A stretch of 64,000 bases of DNA from Octopus bimaculoides (lineage: Eukaryota): positions 102,240,324 through 102,304,323 of the forward strand of contig NC_068981.1 of assembly GCF_001194135.2 (NCBI RefSeq), written 5' to 3'. The position numbers and the translations under genes were made by a program. Each line of letters begins with the position of its first letter. Positions within the stretch are counted from its first letter, which is position 1. Shown here in pieces: positions 13,114 to 26,924 of the stretch. Below the pieces are notes generated by a model that was not told the origin of the DNA, did no database searches, and was given only the letters and a program-made list of their open reading frames with translations.

Positions 13114-13470
13114 CAAACATCATCATCATTACCACAACCACCACCATTATCACCACTATTAACTTTACCACCATCACTTCATCATCATCATCATTACCAC
13201 CATCACTTCATCATCATCATCATCATTACCNNNNNNNNNNNNNNNNNNNNNNNNNNNNNNNNNNNNNNNNNNNNNNNTAGCAGAAAGGATTATCATTGTC
13301 ATCCTCACCATAATCATCATCATCATCATCATCATGAACAGCAGCACAGCTACAACGTTATTAATGTAATAAAAAAGTCTTCATCATTGTCAAAAAACAT
13401 TGTCATTATCACCTATAGCAGAAAGGATTATCATTGTCATCCTCACCATAATCATCATCATCATCATCAT
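12860..13470. repeat. Compound (CAT)n/(CAC)n/(CAA)n trinucleotide tract
   Basis: Read directly; contains an N gap and a ~55 bp segment repeated 138 bp apart (13278 and 13416). Confidence 0.95.
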
Positions 13471-13696
13471 CATTTGTTTCATTTTACGTTACTTTTTGCT
13501 TATTTGTTGTGGGATTGTTTGCCATGCCAACGGTTGTTGAACATGACTACAGCACTACCTGCATTAATTTGTCTGACTTTTACCTATTTATTCTCATCTC
13601 CTCTTTATTTCCTGTCTTCTTTGTTGCATGTGCATGAGCATATACATGCATGTAATAGCTCATATGTAGCTGTATCATATACATACATATATATAT

Positions 13697-13747
<51 letters not shown>

Positions 13748-14412
13748 NNNNNNNNNNNNNNNNNNNNNNNNNNNNNNNNNNNNNNNNNNNNNNNNNNNNN
13801 NNNNNNNNNNNNNNNNNNNNNNNNNNNNNNNNNNNNNNNNNNNNNNNNNNNNNNNNNNNNNNNNNNNNNNNNNNNNNNNNNNNNNNNNNNNNNNNNNNNN
13901 NNNNNNNNNNNNNNNNNNNNNNNNNNNNNNNNNNNNNNNNNNNNNNNNNNNNNNNNNNNNNNNNNNNNNNNNNNNNNNNNNNNNNNNNNNNNNNNNNNNN
14001 NNNNNNNNNNNNNNNNNNNNNNNNNNNNNNNNNNNNNNNNNNNNNNNNNNNNNNNNNNNNNNNNNNNNNNNNNNNNNNNNNNNNNNNNNNNNNNNNNNNN
14101 NNNNNNNNNNNNNNNNNNNNNNNNNNNNNNNNNNNNNNNNNNNNNNNNNNNNNNNNNNNNNNNNNNNNNNNNNNNNNNNNNNNNNNNNNNNNNNNNNNNN
14201 NNNNNNNNNNNNNNNNNNNNNNNNNNNNNNNNNNNNNNNNNNNNNNNNNNNNNNNNNNNNNNNNNNNNNNNNNNNNNNNNNNNNNNNNNNNNNNNNNNNN
14301 NNNNNNNNNNNNNNNNNNNNNNNNNNNNNNNNNNNNNNNNNNNNNNNNNNNNNNNNNNNNNNNNNNNNNNNNNNNNNNNNNNNNNNNNNNNNNNNNNNNN
14401 NNNNNNNNNNNN

Positions 14413-14476
<64 letters not shown>

Positions 14477-14810
14477 TTGCACATACATTCACACATATAC
14501 TTACATATATTGATGTATGCAAGCAAACACACAGAGACGTATATACTCCAGGCTGATCAATGGCTCTATTGAAAGCGACAATATAAATGAGGTCCTTCTT
14601 GCCACAGCATCTCTACAACCATTATCACAGTTATCCTTCTAAGATTTTACTCTGACAGATATCCTCTTCCCAATCTACAATAATGTTATACATATCATTG
14701 ACAACAGGCCTCACCTCAACTGCATATCTAAAGATATTCATATCAGAACATAATAAGAAAAATCTTTTGAGAATCAGTGCATATATTCACTTCACTCCAC
14801 TACACACATA

Positions 14811-15691
14811 TGAGGTCTGATCAATAAGTATTCGGACTGTTGCCATAGTTACAAAGCTAAAGTATGTAGAGTAAAGACACTTGGCAAAGATTGACCTTGA
14901 ACTCTGCTGTGCATGCACACTAAGTTTTAATGTTCTAGCTCACTTCTGCTGTTTACAGCAGTGCTTAGAAAATGTGTAGTGTGTGATTGTCACATAGACC
15001 ATAACAGAGAAAGTTATCATGGCGATACCTGCTCAGAGGCCTACACAAATTTGCAGAAAGTGTATAGAGAGGAGTGTATGAGCTGCACACAAGTGTACGA
15101 GTGGTTCAGACGTTTCCAAGATGGCCGAAAAAGTGTTGATATTGATGAACGTTCTGGGAAATCCGCAGCCAACAGAACTGAGAAAAACATTGCAGATGTG
15201 CATGCAGTTGTGAGGAGAAATCATCAAATCACCATCCGTGAGTTATCAGAGGATGTGCAGATTAGTTATGTTTCAGTTCAATCTATTATCACTGAAGATT
15301 TGGATATGAGACGTATGTCTGCCAAATTTGTGCCAAAACTGCTTTCAGCTGATCAAAAAGACACTTGGGTTTCACTTGCACAAGATCTCCTCGATTGCAT
15401 CAAAATGGCTGAAAAACTTTGTAGAGGCCTCTGAGCAGGTATCGCCAAGCTTTTGGCGAAATTTGAAGCATATTCTCTGCTCAACTTTCTCTATCATGGT
15501 CAATGCAATGATCACATGCTACAGACGTTCCTTCCAAACACTACTGTAAACTGCGGGAGTGAGTTAGAATGTTAAGACTTAGTGCACATGCACAGCAGAG
15601 TCCAAGGTCAATCTGTGCTGAGTGGCTTTACTCTGCATGTTTTAGCTTCGTTAGTATGGCAACAGTTCGGATACTTATTGATCAGACCACG
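14811..15691 (+). mobile_element. Non-autonomous mariner built from two inverted 5' ends
   Basis: TA-flanked TIRs TGAGGTCTGATCAATAAGTATTCGGAC / TTCGGATACTTATTGATCAGACCACG. Plus-strand HTH region QVYEWFRRFQDGRKSVDIDERSG...SAKFVPKLL. The right ~280 bp is an inverted copy of the 5' end. Confidence 0.9.
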
Positions 15692-15921
15692 TATATCATC
15701 ACAATCATCATCATCATCATTGTTTAACACTCACTTTTCTATTCTTTCCTGAGTCAGGTGGAATTTGTTGAGGCAAATTTTCTATGGGCTGAATGATTGC
15801 TTTCCCTGTCACAAACTCTCATTTGTTTCCAAGCATAAGGCAAAGTAATTCACCATGGGAGGCAGTTTCCATCTACCAAATCTCCTTGCATGACTTTGAT
15901 TAGGAACAAGTTTCTTAACAG

Positions 15922-15957
<36 letters not shown>

Positions 15958-15959
<2 letters not shown>

Positions 15960-16146
15960 AGGGGGTGCTGAAAAGTTCTTGGTTTTGGGTAAAAGAAAAT
16001 ACAAGAGGATCAGTTAATTATGATTTCATTCAACATATTCCTCTCTCAAATTCACACACTTACTGCAGGGTCCTTCAGTTTTTCTAAGCCCTGTAAAAGT
16101 ACTCAGACAATTGGGCCTCCAACCAGGCCTTTTGAGCACCCCTTCG
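15958..16146. mobile_element. Mariner-derived MITE
   Basis: Ends TGAGGGGGTGCTGAAAAG ... CTTTTGAGCACCCCTTCG+TA; homologous to 35692-35908. Confidence 0.7.
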
Positions 16147-16317
16147 TATATAGATACTTTTGAGCACCCCTTCGTATATAGATACTTTGTCTGCCATCTT
16201 GAAGAAGCTAAGATAGAATTGAACATATATAGTGTATGTTTATTCTTTCTATATCTTTTCTTTCATTTTGACTATAGATGAACTTCATTTAATCTATAAT
16301 TATTTACTCTACTCTCT

Positions 16318-16528
16318 TTTACTCTTTTACTTGTTTCAGTCATTTGACTGTGGCCATGCTGGAGCACCGCCTTTAGCTGAGAAAATCGACCCCAGGACTT
16401 ATTCTTTGTAAGCCTAGTACTTATTCTATCGGTCTCTTTTTTTTTTGCCAAACTGCTAAGTTACGAGGACATAAACACACCAGCATCGGTTGTCAAGCGA
16501 TGGTGGGGGGACAAACACAGACACACAA

Positions 16529-16559
<31 letters not shown>

Positions 16560-16847
16560 CACAAACACACATATATATATATATATATATACATATATAC
16601 GATGGGCTTCTTTCAGTTTCTGTCTACCAAATCCATTCACAAGGCTTTGGTCAGCCCGAGGCTATAGTAGAAAACACTTGCNNNNNNNNNNTTAGCTGAG
16701 AAAATCGACCCCAGGACTTATTCTTTGTAAGCCTAGTACTTATTCTATCGGTCTCTTTTTTTTTTGCCAAACTGCTAAGTTACGAGGACATAAACACACC
16801 AGCATCGGTTGTCAAGCGATGGTGGGGGGACAAACACAGACACACAA

Positions 16848-16878
<31 letters not shown>

Positions 16879-17071
16879 CACAAACACACATATATATATA
16901 TATATATATACATATATACGATGGGCTTCTTTCAGTTTCTGTCTACCAAATCCATTCACAAGGCTTTGGTCAGCCCGAGGCTATAGTAGAAAACACTTGC
17001 CCAAGGTGCCATGCAATGGAACTGAACCCGGAACCATGTGGTTGGTAAGCAAGCTACTTACCACTTAGCCA
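16318..17071 (-). mobile_element. tRNA-derived SINE, family A (appears partly doubled because of an assembly artefact)
   Basis: Reverse-complement match to 47077-47485. 16373-16681 is repeated exactly at 16692-17000 across a 10-N gap. Confidence 0.85.
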
Positions 17072-18139
17072 CTCCTGTGCCTACATTGTTGAACAGTTTT
17101 ATGTAAAATACTTTGTTTGGATGAATTAAAATATACTTACTGAATTCCATGTGTCTAGTTAACACATTTAAACACATAGATAAAGGGGAATTCTTTTGAT
17201 AAATATGCTAGTGCTGGTGATATGACATTACATAATGTGCCATAATCAGCACAGTACATTACGGCACATTATATAATGTGAATGGTGTTAGCCATAGAAA
17301 CCATGCCAACCACAGCTAATGTGGCCTTAAATCACCCCAAAAACATTTTTTTTTTTTTGCATAATCGTATGAATTCCGGTGTGTAGAACACAAATTCACA
17401 AACATTTTCTGGAAATTCCCCAAAATAATGTGGATGGTGTTAGCCATAGAAACTGTGCCAAAAAAGAAAAAATGAAGCATCCATGTAAGATGTGGATTTT
17501 GTTAGCCACTTTGTAAGGTACCCAGCTAGAAGAACAAAAACTTCAAATAAGAGCCTACGCCAGTAAAATAAACATTAGAATTCTGGTTGAAGCACCTGAT
17601 ATAACCTTTCATAACTTCTTTTATTTTTTGGAATTTTTAGAAAAGTTTTGCAAATTTGTGTTTTACACACAGGAATTCATATAATTATGCAAAAAAAAGT
17701 AAAGTGCTTTTTGTGTGATTTAAGGGTGATTTAGCTGTTGTTTTTAGCACATTTCATGAGCACATGATACCTTCCTTGTTTTTTTTTTTGACACTCTGAC
17801 ATGTATTGATGTTTTTCAATATTTTTCTCCCCATAAAAACATTTGATAGAATGATGATGCACCCAAGAGTGGTCCATTGCTGAGTAAGAAATTTGGACTG
17901 TCTGTATTTTAAAAACTCTTAATTAAAAAAACTAATTAAAAATTGAGTGGAAATTTTAGGATTTATGTGGTGGTGGGAGTTAAAAAATAAAAAAAAAGGG
18001 GTTTTTTTTTTCATAATTGTATGAATTCCCAAATGTAGAATGCAAATTTGCAAAAATTTTCTGAAAATTCCAAAACATAAAAAAGTTATGAGTTGGGGTG
18101 CTTAAACCAGAATTCTTCCAAAGAAACTATGACATGTTA

Positions 18140-19520
18140 TAATGTAGATTAGGTTGTCTGATTCGCCAGAGAGGAGGTTTCGAATTTTAAAGGTAGGGTC
18201 CACTTTGAAATTAGGACCTAACAATAGTTAGCTATATAATGTATAGTTTGGTTAGTTACATTTACTTACTTTAGGGTCAGCCATTTGAGTATGCAGCTTT
18301 GCATTGGTCAATATTCCTTTTAGTGATTTTATTTGCCTGTTGCATTTTATAATTTGATGCTTTCCCTAGACTTTATTCATATGTTGTTCCTGTAGTGATA
18401 TTGGTAGGTTTAGATATATGTTGGTGACAAAATTGGTGTTTCTTGAGTAAAAAGTTGAAATATATGGGATGGTATTTTTCTCTTGGGTTTTGTTGTTTGA
18501 GGTTCTTGAATGTTTGGCTTTCTGAATAGCAAATTCAATCAATTTTAATGGGGCTATTTTCTAATTATAAGTATTTCCTTCATTTTGTCAAATCTTGTCT
18601 CTTGCTTCAGGGTTTGATACAATTGTGTAAATTGGTTTGGTTAGATTGAATAGGTTGTTGTTTCATATGTGCTTTGGGTGACATGCTGTGAAGAGGAGGT
18701 GTAGTTGTGACTTGCTGGGTTTAGTAAAGATTGGTTTCAAGTAGTGAATATGTTCTTGTTATTAGAATGTCTAAAATGGGGAGTTTATCTGCTAAATTCC
18801 ATGGTGATTTTTATTGTTTATAAGATTTTATCATGGTTTCAGTTTGACAGCATTTTCCCTCCATAAAATGAAACAACCATCGAGAAATCTCTTCCATTTT
18901 CCTTTCAAAAAACAGCTGAATTCTCCAAAAGTTAAAAAAATATTGTCATAGATATTTATTTTATGATATCCCATGGCCAAGTTGGAATATGTGGTGGTAA
19001 CGTTTGTTCCCATGGCCATTGCAGACATTTGTCAATAGACTGTGTTATTGAATACAAGGTAGTTGTTTACGAACTGGAGGCCATCATCAACAAATTTTCT
19101 ATCTATATGTTCTGATATTTCATATGGAAATGAGTCTAGCCTATATTCTATAGCTTCAATTCTGTAACTGTGAGGAATGTTGCTATAGAGTTCACAACAT
19201 CAAATGTTACAATATAGCTGTTTTCATTTATTGTCCGTATCATCTCATATGAAGTTCTTTATATGTTTGAAGTGGGGTTTTTAGCAGAATGTCTAGGAAA
19301 TTACTTAGGCAATGTGTTTTGTATGGTGGTCTTGCTGCAATGGGTTTCAGTCTTAGATCTGGTGGTAGAATATCAACACAACTAGTTTCTGCTCCTTTAT
19401 ATTTTTCATTGATTAGTTTATTCTTATGCATTTTAGATGCTTGTTTCATATTTGAAACTTTATGTCTGAAATTTGTTCTTTGCCAGTCAGACAAATTTGA
19501 TATGGATGTAGTAAGGTGGT
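18140..19520 (-). mobile_element. Penelope-like element remnant (RT plus linker, truncated at the start of the GIY-YIG domain)
   Basis: LKPIAARPPYKTHCLSNFLDILLK; AMGTNVTTTYSNLAMGY; WKRFLDGCFILW (YxDD region); PFLDILI; NTIPYISTFYSRN; ESDNLIY. Many stops. Confidence 0.85.
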
Positions 19521-19669
19521 AAGTAGTTTTATAATTTTTGTAGGGAGCTGCATTTTGTCTTTGTTTAGGATAAAGTTTACTTTTGTGTATATGTGTGTGT
19601 GTGTGTGTGTATGTGTGTGTGTGTNNNNNNNNNNAAAGTTTACTTTTGTGTATATGTGTGTGTGTGTGT

Positions 19670-19705
<36 letters not shown>

Positions 19706-21664
19706 GTGCATGTGTGCGTGTGTGTGTGTGTGTGTGTGCATGTACTTGCTATGTTACAGCTTGTGAGAGTATGTATTTTTATCGGCTCTCTTCATAATTA
19801 TAGTTAGCAACATCTTTATTGTACCTGTTAACTTCACCTTCTCATCTTGCTACTCATGAGCATTATTATCATAATAAATTTATTTCACCTCTGCCTCTCT
19901 CTGCTTCCTTTGCATCATTTGATATGCACGTTTTCTTTCCATGAAGTTCTTTTATGACATAATTCCACTGAAACCATATTTCTCTGAGTACAATACAATC
20001 TCATATATAATATGACCCCAACTTTTTATACCTAAAAATCAGTGATGTATTTTATCCTATTAAATTTTTTGGAAACTCAAGTATGATGTTATACACTAAT
20101 TTTGATCCCTACTTATTGTATTAAATTCCTTGTATTAATACAGAAGTAATTATTATACATCTTTATAGTTTTTTTTGTTGTGTATTTTGATGCAATATTA
20201 TCTGGTGTTCTCTAGCAGAGAGTTCATACAAAGGAGATAACCATTTCCTCAATATTTTGTGTGATTAGAAGTTTGAATTTGAAGTTAAGGAATAAGGGAA
20301 GAAATACATAGAATATACATATTAATTTTTTTTAGTTGTTACTTACGAAATTTTGAAATTTTCTAATCAGCAGTAATTATGTATAGCACTATTTCATTCT
20401 TTTTAGAAATCTTCAACATGACATAATTTGTGCTATATTAATTAAATATTTATGAAGTGAAACATTTGGTATAGAAGGAACCCATTCTTTGTAATAATCT
20501 GTACTAAATTTATTCTACAAAGATTTTGTAGCTTTTTGCTAAAATATTCTTATTTAAATATAAACCAAATCAAAGAACAGGAAAAAACAAAACAAAACAG
20601 AGTGATGAAAGCTGTTACTATATTGTAGGAACCAAAAAATAAATGGATTCACTGTTCTGGCTTTAATGAGGTCTAATTTTGAAATAAAACATTTTGAATG
20701 TGGCGTAACATACCAACAAACTGCTATGATATGTAAAGAAAAGTATAGCATAATGAGAAGTAGTATGAAATTTATCATTAAAATCAGTCGATAAATATTG
20801 AGACAATCTTGAAGTTCTTCATGCTTATTGATTTATGGTTTAGTACTGTACTTGTGCCTTTGATCAGTGTAGCTTCTTTGATATGCAAGTTTCTGATATT
20901 CTTATCAAGAACCTTAAATCCAAAAAAAAAAAAAGAAAAAAGAAAAAAAAGAAGAAGAATTCAAGCCTCTGTAATATTTCTTTATCATGAAAGGAAAAAC
21001 GACACATTGACATGAATTATTGATTTCTTACATATGTAAGAAGCCAGAAATTTAGCAGAGGAAGAGGAAGGCAACAGTTGAATATATCAACGCTTGGAAC
21101 ATGGCTGTTATTTAACTTTAACGAATCCAGAATGATGAAAGGCAATTTCAACTTAAGCAAGATTTGAACTCAGAATGTAAAGAGCCATAACTAAATACTA
21201 CAATTCATTTCTTAGGAATTTGCTAATCTATCACTATTATATGACTAAATTAATGTAAACGATGTGAAAACTGCAGAAATGTAGTGTTGTGTGCTAAGAT
21301 AGTTAGACAGAGCTTGATACTCATATCAGTCCATAAGATTAGAATCTTTTCATATCTGTTGATTTGGAGTTTTAAAAATAAGCTTATAATATAGTAGCTG
21401 GTTGATAGAATTTGTAGAACATGGAGGAAATACTTTGTGGTATTTGGTTATGATCTGCTATTTTCTGAGTTGAAAAACTCACAGATTGACTTTGTTTCTT
21501 TCTCTTTCCAGGTACGAAACAAAATTTTGTTGGTGATAAAATTGATTATAAGACTTTGGTTAATTATAACCAGTAAAAGAATATAGTTCCTTTAATGTAC
21601 GAGTTTCTCTGCTCCACTGTGGCTTTTATGTGAGCAATTGAGTTGCAGATATTTCTAATATGAT

Positions 21665-21890
<226 letters not shown>

Positions 21891-22185
21891 CAAACATGAA
21901 TGAAGAATTAAGCACAGAGAACAAGTTAAACAAATAGAATATGGAGAAACTTTTTTGTCAGTTCAGACATTGACTTATGCTCACAAATATACACCACAAA
22001 CCTCTTTCAGTTTCTGTCAATCAGCTCCAATTATAAAACCTGAGGCTTTTGTATCAGAAAATTGCCCAAGGTGCCATTTAATAGGACTAAACCCAAATTG
22101 GAGTATGAAATACTTAACCACACAGCCATGTCTATGCATGTGTGTGTGTATGTGTGTGTGTGTATATATAATGGGTAAAAACCTC

Positions 22186-22520
22186 CTTCAGTCATGAATG
22201 ACCATGGAATTGCACCTAGAAACTTACCCTTCAAGGTACAAGTCTGGGCAAGGTTGTTTATGGTAGACCAGCAGTCACCCATGCATACCACCCTCTCCTC
22301 TTTACGCCACTGATGTTATCCAAGGAAAAGGCAAAGGCTGATTCAGTTTGGCACCAGTGATGTTGCAACTCGTTTCTACAGCTGAGTGAACTGGAGCTTG
22401 CTCATGTTTCACTACAGCTGAGTGAAGTGTCTTGCTCAAGACCACACAACACACAGCCTGGTCTAGGAATCAAACTCACTACCACATAATTGTGAGCCTG
22501 ACACTAATCATTGTGCCATT
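22186..22520 (-). mobile_element. tRNA-derived SINE, family D
   Basis: Collinear with 3447-3785. Confidence 0.7.
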
Positions 22521-22524
22521 TATA

Positions 22525-22570
<46 letters not shown>

Positions 22571-22895
22571 TATGTAGGGGAGGGCTCTGAAAAGGGTCTC
22601 AGGGTTCCTGCCTTCCTGAGCTAGTTTTCCACCACATTTCTTAAAAATCATGGTAGAGGCCTTGGGACCACTCATGTCTAGAAACTGAGGTTGGAGGTAA
22701 GCAAGGGCATGCTCTCTGTAGAAAATCCTGCTCCAAAAATGCCTCATGATAGCAAAAGAGAGTGGGCACTAGCCAGCACAAACGTTGGGGGTGGGCTGCA
22801 CCTGCCTACCTCGTTTGCTATGGCATTGAGGTAGATCCGGCCACCATCGTTAACGGGGACAAAACCCGGATTTAAAACACTGGAAGATGATGATG

Positions 22896-22932
<37 letters not shown>

Positions 22933-24087
22933 CATATATGTGTGTGCATGTGTATGTGTGTGTATATATATGTGTGTGTATATATATGTGTGTGTGTGTG
23001 TGTACACACACACACTTGTACACACACATATAGAGATAGGTAAACTGCATGTATTTAAAACTACCTTTATTAAAATTCCATTTTCAAAATTCATAGCTTT
23101 AAAAAATTTGTGCATGGTTCCAAACACCATAGATGATAGAACAATTATTTATTGTTTCTCATTTAAATTTATTTATGATTTGAAAATCTTCAGGTTTATG
23201 CTTCATAAATTGGATTGTAAATTTGTAAATGTTCAGACATATATCAAGTATTATAAAAATTAACAATCTAATTTATAGATCATAATACTTGCTTTGTGGA
23301 CGCCTCCAGATGATAAGTAGGCTAGTCCAATACGTATAAATTGTGGATGTGATAGCTAATCATAGAAGCATCGCATAGAGTGAGCCAGAGCTGTCGGTAG
23401 ACCAGACGTCAAGTTCTGTTGAGTTGAGTCGTCGGAAGTGAGAGTTCGGTAGTTGAGTAGAGGTACATTATTGGCAAAGGCACACCATCCGAAAATGTGA
23501 TATAACAATACTCAAATAGTTTAGAAGTATAAATATATCTAAAAGTGAAACAATGAATAAATAATTATCCAACTCCCAGGTATTTATAATGTGGTACTAA
23601 CTTTCTAACAAGATAATTTTTAAATGAGAAATTTGAATAAAGACAGTTTTCTAGTATATACTCTCAATATATTTTGTACAGATTATATTTATCTGCAGCT
23701 GCTAGAAAAGTGTTGCGAGTAAATATGATTTAATATCTAGATAGATAATTTAACTCTGAAATAGTTTTATCTTTTATCTTTTACTTGTTTCAGTCATTTG
23801 ACTGCAGCCATGATGAGGCACTGTTATGAAGGGTTTTAGTTGAATAAACCGACCCCAGGACTTATTTTTGGTAACCTTAGTACCTATTTTATTTGTCTCT
23901 TTTGCCAAACCACTAAGTTATGGGGACATAAACACATCAACACTATGTAATGTAATGTAATATAAAGCTGAAGCAAATTAAGACCAAATATACAGTGCAT
24001 GTGTTTTTATTGGCTAAACTGGCAATATGACCAACCCCAAATACAACATCTGTTTCAACACACGATTTCACATCAAAAATCTTGCAA

Positions 24088-24125
<38 letters not shown>

Positions 24126-24919
24126 NNNNNNNNNNNNNNNNNNNNNNNNNNNNNNNNNNNNNNNNNNNNNNNNNNNNNNNNNNNNNNNNNNNNNNNNNNN
24201 NNNNNNNNNNNNNNNNNNNNNNNNNNNNNNNNNNNNNNNNNNNNNNNNNNNNNNNNNNNNNNNNNNNNNNNNNNNNNNNNNNNNNNNNNNNNNNNNNNNN
24301 NNNNNNNNNNNNNNNNNNNNNNNNNNNNNNNNNNNNNNNNNNNNNNNNNNNNNNNNNNNNNNNNNNNNNNNNNNNNNNNNNNNNNNNNNNNNNNNNNNNN
24401 NNNNNNNNNNNNNNNNNNNNNNNNNNNNNNNNNNNNNNNNNNNNNNNNNNNNNNNNNNNNNNNNNNNNNNNNNNNNNNNNNNNNNNNNNNNNNNNNNNNN
24501 NNNNNNNNNNNNNNNNNNNNNNNNNNNNNNNNNNNNNNNNNNNNNNNNNNNNNNNNNNNNNNNNNNNNNNNNNNNNNNNNNNNNNNNNNNNNNNNNNNNN
24601 NNNNNNNNNNNNNNNNNNNNNNNNNNNNNNNNNNNNNNNNNNNNNNNNNNNNNNNNNNNNNNNNNNNNNNNNNNNNNNNNNNNNNNNNNNNNNNNNNNNN
24701 NNNNNNNNNNNNNNNNNNNNNNNNNNNNNNNNNNNNNNNNNNNNNNNNNNNNNNNNNNNNNNNNNNNNNNNNNNNNNNNNNNNNNNNNNNNNNNNNNNNN
24801 NNNNNNNNNNNNNNNNNNNNNNNNNNNNNNNNNNNNNNNNNNNNNNNNNNNNNNNNNNNNNNNNNNNNNNNNNNNNNNNNNNNNNNNNNNNNNNNNNNNN
24901 NNNNNNNNNNNNNNNNNNN

Positions 24920-24978
<59 letters not shown>

Positions 24979-25667
24979 GGCTTCTTTCAGTTTCTCTCCA
25001 CCAAATCTACTCAGAAGGCTTTGGTTAGCCCAAGGCTATAGTAGAAGACACTTGCCCAAGGTGTCGCATAGTGGGACTGAACTCAGAACCATGTGGTTTG
25101 GAAGCAAGCTTCTTACCACACACAGTTATTTTCTATCTTCCACTGTATTCAGAACTGCATATATACACACACATACATAGTACCTGTCAAGTCCTAGACG
25201 CATATGACCATCACTAACAAATTATCTTATGCTAAATGTTAAAGACAATGACTGTTAGCATTGTCTTTGCTGAAATAACAGCTTGAAAAACACCTCTAAG
25301 ACTTTCACCTACAAATCCAAGTTGTCTAGAAACAAACAAAAGCAAGACCTCTGGCTTCACCATGAAGTGGGTGCTTCTTCCAAATTTCCTCCTCCTAGAG
25401 AGATGTCTAGACATAGACTATCAGTCCCTCCCACCTAGTTGTTGGATAGCTGTTGACTCATTTGAGTTCATCTGTCCTTTGACAGGTTTTGTTTCCCATT
25501 CTGCAAAGTGTTTAGTGGAAACCACTCTCCTTAACAAACAGGTTTGGTAGTTTGCTGGTTTAGTCACTGATGGCTCAACCTTGTAACATGTTGTACTAGG
25601 TTACATGTTGCCGGTAGCACATTAAAGCATGAAGTTAGCTGTGTTTATTGTTCATTTAACACATTAT

Positions 25668-26800
25668 CATCATCATTTAACGTCTGCTCTCCATGCTGGT
25701 ATGGGTTGGACGATTTGACTTAGGACTGGTAAGCCAGAAGGCTGCACCAGGTTCTAATCTAATCTGGCATGGTTTCTACAGCTGGATGCCCTTCTTAATG
25801 CCAACCACTCTGAGAGTGTAGTGGGTGACTTTTACGTTCCACCAGCATGAGGGCCAGTCAGGTTGCACTGGCAACAACCACATTTGAATGGTACTTTTTA
25901 CATACCAATGACATGGGACCAGTCAGGTGGCACTGGCATCGACCTGTTCATATGGTGCATTTTACATACCACTGACATGGGAGCCAGTCAGGTAGGACTG
26001 GCATCAACCTTGCTTGAATGGTACTTTTTACGTGCCACCAGCACAGGTACCAACCAGGCAGTACTGGCCTCAGCACAGGTGTCAACCAGGCAGCACAATA
26101 ATGATTTCACTTGACTCAACAGGTCTTCTCAAGCATAGTTTATTGTGCAATGATTGAAGTATACTCTTACATGAGCCGGTTATGTGACATTGGCATAGGC
26201 CACGGTTATGGTCTCACTTGGCTTGCTGAGTCTTCTCAAGCACAGCATATCTCCAAAGGTCTCAGTCGCTTTTTATTGCCTCTGTGAGGCCCAATGTTCG
26301 AAGATCATACTTCACCACCTCATCCCAGGTCTTTCTGGGTCTACCTCTTCCACAAGTTCCCTTCACAGTTAGGGTGTGACTTCTTTACACAACTGTCCTC
26401 ATCCATTCACAACACATGACCATACCAGTGCAGTCGTATCTCTTGCACACCACATCTGATGCTTCCTATGTCCAACTTAGCACTCAGGGTGCTTACACTC
26501 TGTTGTGTATGCACACTGATATTACACATCCAGCAGAGCATAATAGCTTCATTTCTTGCAAGCTTATGCATGTCCTCAGCAGTCACAGCTCATGTTTCAC
26601 TGCTGTGGAGCATGGCTGTTCACTTACATGTGTCATACAGTGTACCTTTCACTCTGAGCAAGAGACCCTTTGTTACCAGCAGAGGTAGGAGCTCTCTGAA
26701 CTTTGCCCAGGCTACTCTTGTTCTAGCAGCTATGCTCTCAAAGCGTCCACCCCCACTAGTGACTTGGTCGCCTAAGTAATGGAAGCTATCAGCTACTTTC
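25668..26800 (-). mobile_element. RTE LINE 3' fragment (end of ORF2, 3' UTR, (GAT)n tail)
   Basis: KVADSFHYLGDQVTSGGGRFESIAARTRVAWAKFRELLPLLVTKGLLLRVKG; same family as 30480-33586. Confidence 0.88.
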
Positions 26801-26824
26801 ACACACACATACACACACACACAT

Positions 26825-26924
<100 letters not shown>

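Noticed and set aside
12791-13177. Gly/Asp/Met-rich 128-aa ORF, and the poly-Ala ORF at 11614-11937
   Set aside because: Trinucleotide-repeat translations with no splice or domain support.
13387-14556. Long ORFs spanning N runs (also 1261-1949, 23999-25180, 30595-31323, 37941-39212)
   Set aside because: Their length comes from X translated across assembly gaps and flanking microsatellites.
16373-17000. Apparent 309-bp tandem duplication (similar cases at 19575-19680, 52170-52400, 53040-53185)
   Set aside because: Identical sequence on both sides of a 10-N gap is typical of unmerged contig overlaps.
22585-22600. Third histone-stem-loop-like sequence (minus strand GACCCTTTTCAGAGCC)
   Set aside because: Two of six stem pairs are mismatched, including the conserved G2-C pair, and there is no promoter context.
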